Shown one piece after another: positions 24,751 to 37,745 of a stretch of 64,000 nucleotides of DNA (the stretch's first letter is position 1; every line of letters starts with the position of its first letter). The notes beneath the pieces are model-generated. The model was not told the DNA's origin and ran no database searches. It saw nothing but the letters and a program-made list of their open reading frames with translations. The stretch is taken from NCBI GenBank assembly GCA_043228905.1, contig JBHGNT010000015.1, positions 1,178,001 through 1,242,000 of the forward strand. The letters run 5' to 3'. This stretch comes from Azolla caroliniana. Taxonomy: Eukaryota; Plantae; Polypodiophyta. A program made the position numbers and the translations under genes.

Positions 24751-27700
24751 GATAGTGGAAGAAACAAATTTTTTCTCTATATCAATGTTTACTCCAACTC
24801 TCCTATTCATGAAAGATTAAATAACAGATTTGGTGCTAAATACATATGTTTTTTTGTGTATGAGCGAATAACTTAATTATATGTGCCCTATTTTACTACA
24901 GTGGCACACAGATCAAGACCCACAAATGAAATATAGCAACTCCTTCAAACCTGTCGAGTTTTGCAGTTGCCATTGTCGAAGTCTATCTTCAGCATGAGGG
25001 CGACCTGGTATATCTCTTGGAATGTCACAAGTTTTTAGGGATGATTCTATAGATCACAGTGATTCATTACTATTGTACTCCTGTGATTACTACCAGAAAC
25101 TTATTGCCATAGATATTGAGGCTTCCGACCTTGACTTCTCAAGATATGGTAAAACCTTCTTTGAGGTAACATCTTGGAATCCACAATGATCTTATGTGTT
25201 TCTTTTGCCGACATTATTATTATTATTATTTTAATGTACAATTAACTAAGTTGTATCTTTATTCAGAATATCATACTTTTCCAATCCCCAGCTTGTACCT
25301 TAACAAACATATAACTTGTACTTGGGAGAGATGAATGGAAAGAGAGTTCTATTAATTCCTAGTCTTGTTGGTTTGGACATAAGACAGCACAAAATCATGC
25401 ATACGTTCTTATAAATCTTGACCTTTGGTAGTTTGTAAGACAATTGAGTTTTTGCATATCAGACGTACAATATCGTGCATATACTCTTATAATTCGGACC
25501 TTTTGAAGATGATTTTGTATGACTGTTGAGTTGCTGCAAAATTTGGGATGTACTGCAAGAGTCCGAAAGATAGGCTTAAAAAAACTAGATTTGACTTCCA
25601 AAGTCTTATATGTATGTTTACAGTTGCAAATTCAGGTTATAATATGTGAAATGTGGATATATGTATGTACGTAAATGTACATGCATGCAGTTCAGCTTGG
25701 AACTGTACTCCTGTGAATCTTCAAATTTGGTTCTTTTTTGTTTTGTAATACAAACTTAACAGGAATTTCATTACCAAATATATATGAATTACACTAAATT
25801 TTCATGAGGGATATTGTCAGGGCGGCTTCTTGCTCTCGTAGATAAATTGGTGTGATTTTTTTTTTTCTTCATTTTTTCTTCGGTGTAGATAGCCATGGCT
25901 CAAGAATGAATGCTAAATCAAAGTGAAGCAGTACAAAAGAAATAGAATATGAAATTCCAGAGTATTTGTAATCCCCCAATATCGTGTGCATTCTAGAAGA
26001 TCACTCATCAATGATTTTATGAATGAATAAAGTGTACCCTTTTCTCCTTCCACGTGGGTGTATTCATTCCCTTATAATAGGTTCCCTTCTATATGTAAAT
26101 AATATGTAACAAAAAAACCCCTATAATTCATTGAACTCACATGGAAGCGAGCCTTTGTAGGTGAAAACTTGGAAACTGGATAGCTCGAGTTGAAACTGAT
26201 GTATACCATCCAGACATACTGCTATGAAGATGCAAAGCTTATGAAGTTGTTTCGGGAAATTATCCTAGCTGACACTGTGCTCTGCGAGGCCCAAGAAAGG
26301 GTCCAATGTGGAAGGAAGGTGAGAACTGATCCTTCAATAAATTGGTTCTTTGTTTGTGTTCCTATCTTATATCATTCAATTTCTGACCTCCTGAAATATA
26401 GTTAAACATTCTATTGTTCTGGACTTTTAATTTGATATAGACCAACATTTATGAAATGGCTGGAGGAAGCTGAGGAAGAGTATTAACTGAGACAATTTGT
26501 TCTCTTACTTTTCTAAGTTGGACTTTGAAAGTGGGGCAGTTTCAATAACTATCATTACGGATGGCTTTATAGTGATGTCTTTTGCTATGTATATGTTGTA
26601 GTCTCAAGTCTGATTACTATGATTGTTAGTATCAATAGAAGGGAAAGTTACCAAAGATAACATGGACATGTTCTGAGTGCACTTCTATCATTATGAAATA
26701 TTAATGTGGTGAGAGGAGTTAAGTTCTGATCGATGGCATTGTCGAGCATGGTGTTTTTTGTAAGTCTCAGAAAAAACATCAAAATCCATACACATATATA
26801 AGGAAAATATGAGACCATTCAGAGGACTACAATGCAATTGTATTATAATATGTTGAAAACCTGTCTCATGTGTTGTATCTTATGGGTCTTCAGCATTAAC
26901 TGACCAATAATAGGACTTCGCCTTAGCCATCGGTCCTTGATTTCGTAGACGTAATTTATTTTTGGTTCGCTCAATTAGCTCAATCAGTCCATTAGAATAG
27001 AGATTTGATGGGGTAATAGTGTGTGGTATATCATTAGCAACATCTTTTGATCGAAATTGGACATGTGCTTTTTGTATTGTGTTCTAGATCATGTATACAC
27101 AAGGAGTTGAATCACCTAAGCAAGTGCATGATGTATAATGGTGAAAAAGGTATAGTTTGGTAGAAAACCTAGATTATGGTTATTATATGGCTCAATGTAG
27201 TGGGATATGATAGGAGGATTAGCAAGCTAGATAAAAAAACTAGGAATGAAGGCCACCAAAGCAAGTAGAGAGGCACGACTATAAGAATATGTGCATTGGC
27301 TATTATTGTTCTTTTCATGTATTTCACTTCACACTGAAAACTTCAAAGTAATATTGTTATTGTGTAAAGATAAGAATAGTTTCCAAATGATCTTGAAAGT
27401 AAAATTCCAACCTCCTCACGCCATCATTGCATGTTGATAAAGATGATGCTATTCTCCTAGGTAGTTTACTTTGTGATAGATGGATAATTTTCATGAACAA
27501 TAAGGACATTGTACATCGTATATGCTTCACAAAAGAAAAGTGCACTGGAGTGTACAAGTGTGGTATTCAATTCAATCAAATTTAGATGACTTGACAACGT
27601 CGATGAAACACTCAATAGTTAAAAGGTGGACGAATAATTGGGGATTTATGGGGGGCAGACAAATGTCATTCGACGACAAAGTGTCAAAACTGAATCATAT

Positions 27701-28117
27701 TTCTCGAGAACCCTTACTAATTCCCATGATATATATTCAATGGTTAAATTTTGCCAATCACTTAGATGTTGAAGTATTATGCATTGCCCAAATGCTGAAA
27801 GTTTATAAAAGGTATCCTTGAGTTTCTTTCCAATTTGACTTTATTAGTAACCTAATTCAATGTGCACCAAACATTGTACGTGCACATTAAATGCTTTTTT
27901 TGGAAAACAATTACATTAAAATTAGGGTAGGAAGGATAATTTACAAATACACAATCTTCCATAGCCAAGGCACATATAGAACCCATTTGCCAAGTAAAAA
28001 TTAGGGATGGATAAATGCCACCAACAAATTGTAATGGTCCTAGTTCTAGATATGTTGCCAAAATGAAGAAACAACCAAAGGGTGAAACGTATGATTAATA
28101 CTGCTACTATGACAATG
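24751..28117 (+). pseudogene. BZW (pseudo): Decayed tandem duplicate of the BZW gene plus its 3' flank
   Basis: Co-linear with ~14562-19980. Exon 3 copy 24902-25007 has a CGA>TGA stop, exon 4 copy is at 25097-25165, exons 5-6 are almost entirely deleted at ~25690-25716, the exon 7 copy from 26161 has deletions, and the exon 8 copy is at ~26441-26485. Exons 1-2 are absent. Introns are retained, so this is a DNA-level duplication. Confidence 0.92.
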
Positions 28118-28379
28118 TCTTATGTTTGCTTTGGTCTTAGAAGATGTTAATATATCTTTCTTTCTTTGGGGCTTTGGCTAGCAGCAACTCTGACCATAGG
28201 TACATAATACATTCAACCAATGTTTCGTCGGTAAGGGTGAAGTTTAAAGGGTGGGTGATAAGTGTTTGGGTCATGGTGACAATCCAAGGGAGTGAAATCA
28301 AGTTCTAGCCCAAGAAAAGGTCCACTTGTGCAAGGGAGATGCCCTATTGTGCGAGTTTGAGTGTGGAGTCTGGACCACA

Positions 28380-28501
28380 TACACGAACACACACACACAC
28401 ACATATGATACACGTACTCATATACATACACATACACATATGGTACATGTACACATACACATACACATACACACATACACATGCACATATGGTACATGGA
28501 C

Positions 28502-28534
<33 letters not shown>

Positions 28535-28749
28535 TACACATGCACATATTGTACATGGACATACACATACACATATGGTACACGTACACGTACATGTACA
28601 CATTGTACATGTACACATACACATGCACATATGGTACACGTACACGCACACATACACATACACACATGCACATATGGTACACGTACACGTACACATACAC
28701 ACATGCACATATGGTACATGGACATACACATACAAATATGGTACAAGGA

Positions 28750-28784
<35 letters not shown>

Positions 28785-28886
28785 GCATACCCATACACAT
28801 ACACATACACACACGCATATGCATACACATACACATACACACACACATACACATACACACACATACACACACATACATACACACAC

Positions 28887-28917
<31 letters not shown>

Positions 28918-28923
28918 TATGTC

Positions 28924-28986
<63 letters not shown>

Positions 28987-29035
28987 TCGACATTGAAATT
29001 TGAGATCTACATCTACATCTACATCTACATCTACA
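28380..29035. repeat. Large compound (TACACA)n/(AC)n low-complexity tract
   Basis: Direct sequence; it includes (TACCCA)n and (TACATC)n sub-tracts. Confidence 0.95.
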
Positions 29036-29197
29036 ACAACAACTACATGGAGATGTACATCCACACCCACATATGAGAAGAGGTGTGAGACAGGTAGAGT
29101 GATTTGTGCTATCAGAATGAAGGAGAGATCTATGCTGGTCCCCAATCATCATGAATCAATCAATCAATCAATGAATCAATCAATTCCATGTGCATTT

Positions 29198-29233
<36 letters not shown>

Positions 29234-29379
29234 CACACCCTTACAATCATGTACATATAAATAACTATGTAATGTAATGTACATATATGAAGAGAACCCA
29301 AAGACTGAAAAGCAGACCAAAGTCTTCCTCCCTCTCTCTCTGTCTTTCTCTGCATTTTGCTGTGCCCTTTCCCAGAGCA

Positions 29380-29424
29380 GAAGAAGAAGAAGAAGAAGAA
29401 GAAGAAGAAGAAGAAGAAGAAGAA
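29380..29424 (+). repeat. (GAA)n microsatellite just upstream of the DUF538 ATG
   Basis: Direct sequence. Confidence 0.9.
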
Positions 29425-29442
29425 GGAGAAATCAGAAAGGAT

Positions 29443-29880
29443 ATGGCCACTGCCCTGGTGAACGAGAAGAAAGAAGGTGCCGAAATAGTCCTCGGCCATG
29501 AAGCCTCTTTGCCTAGAGCCATTGCCATGCTTCGCGACCAAGGCCTCCCTGATGGTCTCCTCCCCCTGCAGGACATCGAAGAGGTTGGCTATGTCGCTCA
29601 AACGGGTTTCTTCTGGGTCAAGCAGAAGAGAGCCACCGAACATTTCTTTAAACTCATCAAGACTAAGGTCTCTTATGCTCTTGAGGTGTGTGGATACATC
29701 GAGAAGAACAAACTGAGGAAGCTTCAAGGCGTTAAGGCTAAAGAATTTCTCCTTTGGATCGGTGTTACTGATATCTATGGAGATGATTCTCATCCTGGGC
29801 AGACTTTTGTCAAGTCTTCTGCTGGAATTGGTCGATGGCATCCTACTGAAGCGTTCTTCCTCGAGCAGGAGAAGAAGTGA
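29443..29880 (+). CDS. DUF538 family protein, 145 aa, single exon
   Basis: MATALVNEKKEGAEIVLG..GLPDGLLPLQDIEEVGYV..TGFFWVKQK..VSY..EKNKLRKLQGVKAKEFLLW is the characteristic plant DUF538 signature. Confidence 0.9.
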   Translation: MATALVNEKKEGAEIVLGHEASLPRAIAMLRDQGLPDGLLPLQDIEEVGYVAQTGFFWVKQKRATEHFFKLIKTKVSYALEVCGYIEKNKLRKLQGVKAKEFLLWIGVTDIYGDDSHPGQTFVKSSAGIGRWHPTEAFFLEQEKK

Positions 29881-32199
29881 TAGGAATCAGGTTTTTCTTT
29901 CTTTCATTTATTTCCACCTCATTTTTTAATCTCTCATTTTTGGATTCATTATGTACTTGTTCTTAAACGTTGCCATTCGTCCTTGTTTTTTTTGTCATGG
30001 TTTGAGTAAGAATTCGAGATCTCAGATGCTAGAAGCACATGTTATTGCTTGGTATGTTGTGTCCATTCTTATGTTATTGTTGGTATATTATATATCATAC
30101 ATGGATATGCCAGATTTCGTCTTCCATGAAGACTATGTTGCTGCTGCATATGATGTGCATTTTATGTACATGATGATGTTTGTGACGGATTGCTTCATAC
30201 AGATAGGACGGATTTCAGATGCCATAAAGACATGTTTTTCTTCATTTTGTTGTGTTTGCACATGTGCATATTCACGTTGATTATGACATATGTATATGCC
30301 ATAATTTCAGATTATATGGAACATATGTTCTTGTTGAATACGCTGTGCATTTCATGTACACATTTTTGATTATGTTTGTGAACACACAGAGGCACCGACG
30401 ACTGATTTCAGATTCTACGAATACATTGTCTTTTGCTGAATATTTTGTTCATTTCATGTTGTCAATGTCAATGTATGTGGAGACTTATGGCATGCTTAAA
30501 ATAAAGCGTGTATATATTATGTTAAAGGCTGGTATGAGCGTGGTTATATTAAATTATAGCATGCATGATGTCCATAGATGGAAGCATGGGTGTACATGTT
30601 CGCACATTTAGTGTACATGTTCTTCCTGTTGTATATGAACGCCTCTGACATATGTAGGTGACTGGCCATAAAGCTAATGATGGGCTTTGGCAAAATTTAC
30701 GTGTAGCATGGGATCCATGGAAAGAACCATATGCACTCATGGCATATGTACATGACTATAAATGTCATCATGTAGAATGCAAACGTTATCATGTGCTTGA
30801 GTGTATTATGCACATCATGAACTCCATGGGTTGTTCTATTTGGTACTAGTTTTTTGCTTTTCTCGACAGTCAACCCACTGTTGCAATCTATATTGTATTC
30901 CTCCACTAAAGCACATCTTTGGTGGAAGTGTTTTTCTATTATCTAAGACTAGACTTGGCAGTATCGGTTTGGAATCCCATTGAAAAAATTGTTATTTCAA
31001 AAATTTTGATTTTGTATCTCTTGAATTGATTTGTATTTTTAGTGGATATCTATTTTTATTGTTGATTAATTTTTTCACTTTTGATTAAGACTTGTGCTGT
31101 TGTATGGTGCAGGGAAAACATTTGGAGAATCTCCCCAACACTATGTTTGCAATGTCAACCATTGGCATCTATTACTAATTGGTGTTAATTACTATTCAAT
31201 CATGAAATTTCTAATGTTATGGTTGATATTTTGGTGCTTAGTATCTAGCCCAAGAATTTCATCTTTCTTTTGGACTCTAGTATTTAATGGTGATTACTAA
31301 TAAGAAATATCGCTTCTAAAAATGCATGATGCAATTCGGGCATGAGTAAATAACTCTGATTAATTATGATTCAGAAAAGAAATATTTGACACGAAAACTT
31401 TAGCCTATCTCATAACCAAATTATGATTAACTACTGTGATCGGACATTTTGCATTATACAATAGTTCTCAAAATAGTTATATCGCGTCATTCATAAATGA
31501 AGACATGAGTCTATCAACCCAAGTAGTTGTCATCGTAGTGGCTCATGTTGACCATTACTTGGAGTCGCAGCCTGTCCCATGATGTTCCATATATGGTTGG
31601 GGCCATACAATTGCGTCTCATTTTTTGCTCGTCATAGTTGTTTGCGATTGGTCTCTTGCTTTAACGTTAAACCATACTTAACATGGGCATGCGCAAGAAA
31701 GTGGTATATTGTATTTAGATGGTCCTCAATTCAATGTGTTTTATGATGATGAGAGTACTTAATGGCATGGTGGCTACCAATGTAGTCCATGTTATGATTT
31801 TGTAATTTGATTCTTCTTTGTTTGTAATCTCACATTTTTTCTCATGATTCTTTTTCATTATCGGTCTCATCCTTTTTTAAGCAACGGCATGCATCTAGGG
31901 AATGTTATCATATGTATATTTATATGCTCGAACATCTCGAAGGAACAATATAATGGCGAGTATTAAATAGCCTAGAGCCAGTGCAAAATGGAGGGATGAC
32001 TTGGACCAAAATTCTTAAAGAATATGATATTGGTAGGCATACTTTGTTGTAGGTGCACTTCGTCAAATTGTAGATTGCTATGAATCTTTCTTGCACAAAG
32101 TTGGTAGGTGTTCTCTCTCTCTCTCTCAACCTTGTGTAGAATAGATTTGCAAGATGAATGCCAAAAGTAACACTAGAATATTGCGACAAAGTACGTTGA

Positions 32200-32690
32200 G
32201 ATCGATTCTCTAGCGAGTGCCATTCCATATTGGAGGATTCAAGGAAAGATTCAACAAGCTTGCACACTGGTCGTTCAAAGGGAGGACGGAGTGGCTCGAG
32301 AACACTACTCCGATTTCAGGTATTGTAGGTAGTTGTGGTCTCGATAGGGTCTTGGCAGCCCACTTGACTTGCATATACTGAAAGCTTAAACCCTCTCACT
32401 TGCATTTCCGTTTGTATTAGTGGTCAACTTGAGGTCGCTCACTTGGTGCCTCCTTTGGGGTTCTTCTCAAGGGTAACTTGAGACCAATTCTCTAGCGAGC
32501 GCCATTACATGTTGGTAGGTCCAAAGAAGGGTTTCGGCAAGCATGCACACCCTGATTGTTTGAATGGAGGACAGAGTGGCATGAGAACACTACTCCGATT
32601 TGAGGTATCGTAGTCATTAGAGGTCGTGATCTCGGCGACCCACTCAACTCGCCTACACAGGAAGCTGAACCCTCTCACTTTCGTTTTCGT
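32200..32690. repeat. Diverged ~285 bp tandem duplication
   Basis: TTCTCTAGCGAG..GAGAACACTACTCCGATTT..AACCCTCTCACTT occurs at ~32205-32400 and ~32488-32680. Confidence 0.75.
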
Positions 32691-32889
32691 TTAAACTTGA
32701 TGGCTGTCTTCTAATCGTTCATTGTATCACTTCTCGTTACTACCATTGTACCTATTTACTATGTACATGTGTAAAACCTATTTTATAAAGGGATTGTTTC
32801 GCAAGTAACCACCCGCAGTAAAGTCAACCAGTCGGAGTGGGATGTTCACGACAAGATCCGTAAAGCCGCAAAGGTATGGATAGAGAAGG

Positions 32890-33330
32890 TGAATAGTGCG
32901 AACGCCGCCGAACGAATGCAGACAGAGATGCGCGATACCACAATCTGCAACCTCCACACACATGCCTCCGCTTCGGCCACTGCCGAACCCCTCGAGGAAG
33001 ACCCGATTTGGCAGGATTTAACCAGTTGCCAAATATTGATGCCACTAAGGAAGCTACTGCATCTCCTTCTAAAATTCAAGGAAACTGTGGCGACCATTAC
33101 AAGCGACAAGGAACATCCAAGCGCACTTGTTCACCTTGCCGAAACAAGCTAAGGACCAACAGTGATGGACACACAAAGCCCACCCGAAAAAGCTTTTCGT
33201 CAAAAGGACAGGAGGTACGCGGATGTATAATCGATGGTGGTTTCAGCATGCCTTTTTGATCCCGACGGTCATGCTACGACTAGAAGCCTTGGGGGGGTGC
33301 TTACTGTGGAAAGAACCGTACATTAAGCAG
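32890..33330 (+). mobile_element. Possible hAT transposase relic
   Basis: Frame reads ..LRKLLHLLLKFKETVATITSDKEHPSALV.. and is followed by a frameshifted A-F-L-D-P-like motif at ~33250, resembling the hAT 'PF.EAT..IS.D..PT' and 'LDPR' blocks. Confidence 0.4.
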
Positions 33331-34772
33331 AATTGGCAGCGTAACATCATAACATTCTGTCGAGGAAAGACCAAGATTCGCGTCCCCACCAAAGAGCGAA
33401 AAACGTCCACCAAGGAAACTGTAGGGATTTCGTTCCCTTTGAGTTCGTGGGAAAGTTTGACTTAAGAAACACATCAAAATACATAGTACATAGTATTTAC
33501 CATTGTCGAGGTATTCCGCACAGATGCGTAGAAACGGGGCAGGACCATGGGGGTCTTGAACCAAGGAATCGAGAAAGGAGGAAGAGGCCCGCGCATCGCG
33601 TACACACAAACACCGTGAACAGACAAAGAGGAGTAGGAAGGAGGTCGTCGTAGGTTTCGGACTCAATGCAATACGAGAGAATAGCAACACGAGAACGACA
33701 CAGTAGAAAAACAACGTAAAGCAACGGAATAGATTATCAATAGTAGTTAGGACGCGTGCATGAAGCGCAGGGAATACAACTGGTCAGAGCCGGGAACAGA
33801 GCATCGAGCTCTAGAGCAAACACACGAAAAAGGGGACCTCTAGCCGGGAACGCGAGCCGAGGGTTCTTTCCAGGGTTCCTAGGCATTTCACAACGTTTCC
33901 CCCTATGGCTTGGAATCTTCACGACATCCACCCCCACCAAACTGCACATCCTTCGGTATGTGCCAGGTAGCGAGTTTAGTGGAGGATTCCAGGGCCAACT
34001 GTTACTCGTCCTCTCGGTCCGAGTCATTGCTTTCGATTCCCATCGTCGATTCCGGTTTTGCTTCGTTCTACCTTTTGAAGGCCTTTATCCACTTCCTTGC
34101 TACCAGTGTCGTCATTCGGGTCCTGTCGAGCTCCGCGAGATGGTATGTCGCGTTGTTGTTTGGACAAGTCACCGCGTACGGCCTGAACCACTGTTTTGCA
34201 AACTTACGCGTAGACTGATGTTGGTTGTCGAGGCTGCTGTCATAGATCAACACCCAGTCGGCTTCATCGATCTTCTTTGGCCGGAGTTGGCGCGTCTGGT
34301 CGAACCTGGCCTTGTTTCTACTTCGTGCCTCTTTTACCCTCGTTGTTGTCCGTTCCACGTCTTCTGGTCTTCACTCGAGTTGTCAGATGTGTGCCGCCAA
34401 CAACTCTTCTCGGCTCATTTCATCGATCCAATTGACCGCCATCCAGGAGGTAATTGTTCATTCCACCGACATGATGGGTTTCTGCCCGAACATGAGCTCT
34501 CTAGGCATGTACCCAGTCACTGAACTGTGAGTAGTCCTGTCCGCCCATAGCGCATAAGAGAGTAGTCTTGGGCAGTTGCCGACTTGTCCTTCGCATGCAC
34601 GTACTATGACTTTTACGATCGGTCCATGACCCCGCTCGACCTTCCCATTTGCTTTTGGGTAGTATGCCGTTGTGAGGGTCAACTTCACCCCTAGTCGGTC
34701 AAACAGTTCCTTGGCCTCCTCCGCATCTAGCTCTCCTCGATCGGCCACAATCTTTTCTATGCACCTGTACCG

Positions 34773-37745
34773 TGACGGGAACTCACGTTTCTTATGCGCA
34801 ACGCTCGGCCACAATCGAGCTTAGAATCATACACACAAAAAACGGTGAAAGAATGCACGACACGAAGAAGAGAAAAGTACGCAAGATGTTTACGTGGAAA
34901 ACCCAAACTAAGGGAAAAACCACGGCAGCCCACAGGCTGCAAACTATCACTATGTTTGAATGTACAACAGTGAGTTTACGGAGGCAACGACCTTGTGCTC
35001 ACGATCTTCGCCACAGGCGGCGGTTACAACAGACGCAACGACCTCTTTCTCTCTCTCTCACTCTCTGTACACAATTACGCGCTCTCTCTATCCTTGCACC
35101 AACAAGAATGACAACCACTCTACATCACACACAATAAGTTTGCCCTAAGTCATATTTATACTAATATGACTTTTCGGCTATTTACAAATATAGCCTCGAT
35201 GGACTCTCAGAAACATATTTACAAATATGTCTCTTCATCTGGTGAGCACTCCTCACCGGGTCTTCACCATCCGGCTCTCCGTATCCGGGTACTCCTCATC
35301 CGGTTCTCACCGGGTCTGCACCATCCGGCTCTCCGTAGCCGGGTGCTCCTCATTCGGTTCTCACCGGGTCTTCATCATTCGGCTCTCCGTAGCCGGGTGC
35401 TCCTCATCCGGTTCTCACCGGGTCTGCACCATCCGGCTCTCCGTAGCCGGGTGCTCCTCATCCGGTTCTCACCGGGTCTGCACCATCCGGCTCTCCGTAG
35501 CCGGGTGCTCCTGATCCGGTTCTCACCGGGCCTGCACCATCCAGCTCTCCGTAGCCAGGTGCTCCTCATCCGGTTCTCACCGGGTCTGCACCATCCGGCT
35601 CTCCGTAGCCGGGTACTCTTCCGGTTCGCTCATCAACATTGTTCTTCTCCCTTCCCATCCAGAGGGACCTGTCTCCCAACAAACTCCCCCTTCACTCCGG
35701 CATGGGGTGTCTTACTAGTCTGATCCGCTTCCTGCATGCATCCAGCTTGTCGGGTATTAGCACTTTGGTCAGCATATCTGACCCGTTCTCGGCCGTGTGG
35801 ATCTTCGTCAGCGCGAACTCCTGGTCATCTACTCTTTCCCGGATCCAGTGATACATTCGCTGGATATGCTTCGTCCGAGAATGGTAGGCCGCATTCTTAG
35901 CAAGGTGGATGACACTTTGACTGTCGCAATAGAGCCGATATTCCTCTTGCCGGATACCGAGCTCTCCGATGAAGTCCTTCATCCATAATATTTCCTTGCC
36001 AGCTTCCACAGCCGCCATGTACTCCGCCTCCGTGGTTGACAATGCAACCGTCTTCTGCAGCCTCGACTGCCACGATATAGCTCCCCTTGCATATGTCATT
36101 ACATACCCGGATGTAGACCGGCTGGTATCCACATCAGCCGACATGTCCGAATCGGTGAAACCGTCAAGCTGAGGTTTTCCGGAGCCGAATCGAAGACACA
36201 TATTTGAAGTGCCCTTCAAGTACCGGAGTATCCATTTGACAACGTTCCAGTGCTCCTTGCCGGGATTGCTCATAAATTGGCTCACCACTCCGACTGCGTA
36301 TCCTATATCCGGTCGGGTACAAACCATTGCGTACATTAAGCTCCCGATGGCAGAGGCATATGGAATCTTCATCATGTCCGCCTTCTCTGCTTTCGTGTTC
36401 GGGCTTTGCTTCCCGGATAACCTGCAGTTTGCTGGAAGTATCATCCGATCGGTTTCGCTTCTGCCATGTTGAACCGATGAAGCACCTTTGTCACGTACTT
36501 CTCCTGCGACAGCCACAATTGCTTCACTGACCAGTTTCGGATAATATGCATCCCCAACATCTGTCTTGCCGGACCCAAATCTTTCATTGAGAAGGTCCGG
36601 TTGAGAGCCTTCTTCAGCATCCGTATTTTGACTTGGTCCCGTTCGACGATCAACATGTCATCCACGTACAGAAAGAGTATCAGGAAGTCGCCTTCTTCGA
36701 ACTTCCTCACAAACACGCAGTGATCGGCCTGCGTCTTGTGGTACCCTTGATCGGTCATGAAGGAGTCGAACTTTCGGTACCATTGTCGGGGAGCCTGCTT
36801 CAGTTCGTACAAGCTCTTCTTCAGCCGGCATACCAAGTGCTCCTTCCCTTTCTCCACAAATCCCTCCGGTTTCTGCATGTAGATCTCCTCTTCGAGGTCG
36901 CCGTGAAGGAATGTCGTCTTCACGTCCAACTGTTCTACCTCGAGGTCCATGCTTGCCGCTATACTCAGCACCGTCCGGATGGAGGTCATCTTTACTACCG
37001 GGGCAAATATCTCGTCAAAGTCCACGCCCTTTTTTTGTTGGAACCCCTTCACCACGATCCTGGCTTTGTATCTCGGGGGGTTGCCGGCATCTCCCGGTTT
37101 CAACTTGTACACCCACTTGTTTCGGAGTGCCCGCTTTCTTTTCGGCAACTCCACCAATTTGTACGTATGGTTCTCATGCAGGGAATCCATCTCGTCCTGC
37201 ATGGCACTTACCCATTTCCGGCTGTGGGTGTCATCCTTCGCTTCTTCGAAGCTTTCTGGCTCCCCCTCATCGGTTAACAGCACATGCTCTGCATCCGGAA
37301 ATCTCCGGGGGGCCCTTCTCTCTCTGAGAGGATATCTTCGTCTCTGGGCTTCGGTAACCGGCTCCTCTATTTGCTCTTCATCCGAATCCCATTCAGGGTC
37401 TTGGCCGGTTCCGGTTTCAGCTTCCTCTACTTCTTCTTTTGCCGGTTTGGTACCCTCACCGTAACCGGCTGGTTCCTCGAGTGCTAACCGGTCTCTTGCC
37501 GGTTGGGTCTGCTCATCGTAGAATTGATCCTTACCGGTTGACTCAGAGTTCATTATCTTCTTCTCCGACTCCCAGTCGGCAAGCGTCTTGTCCTCCATGA
37601 GGATAATATCTCGACTCCGGAATACCTTCTTGTTGACCAGGTCCCACACTCGGTAGCCGAACTCATCGTCGCCATAACCAAGGAATATGCATGGCCGGGT
37701 CTTTGGATCTAACTTTCCTCTGCGGTCCTTAGCTACATGCACGTA
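34773..37745 (-). mobile_element. Ty1/copia (Tnt1/Tork-like) element C1, 5'-truncated
   Basis: 3' LTR 34773-35681 (TGTTGGG..CCCGTCA on the minus strand), PPT 35682-35696, int-RT ORF 36441-37742 (YVDDML) and RNase H ORF 35692-36516 separated by a frameshift. It is inserted into the G1 integrase. Confidence 0.92.
35250..35625. repeat. 54-bp tandem array (~7 copies) inside the C1 LTR U3 region
   Basis: Unit CTCCTCATCCGGTTCTCACCGGGTCTGCACCATCCGGCTCTCCGTAGCCGGGTG; it gives the 18-aa repeat in ORF 35166-35723. Confidence 0.95.

Noticed and set aside
28213-29260. Long His/Thr- or Cys/Val-rich ORFs in all six frames
   Set aside because: Translation of stop-free microsatellite.
35166-35723. 185-aa repeat protein or CRISPR-like array
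   Set aside because: Contiguous 54-bp tandem units with no unique spacers, inside a eukaryotic LTR on the antisense strand; the ORF is a by-product.
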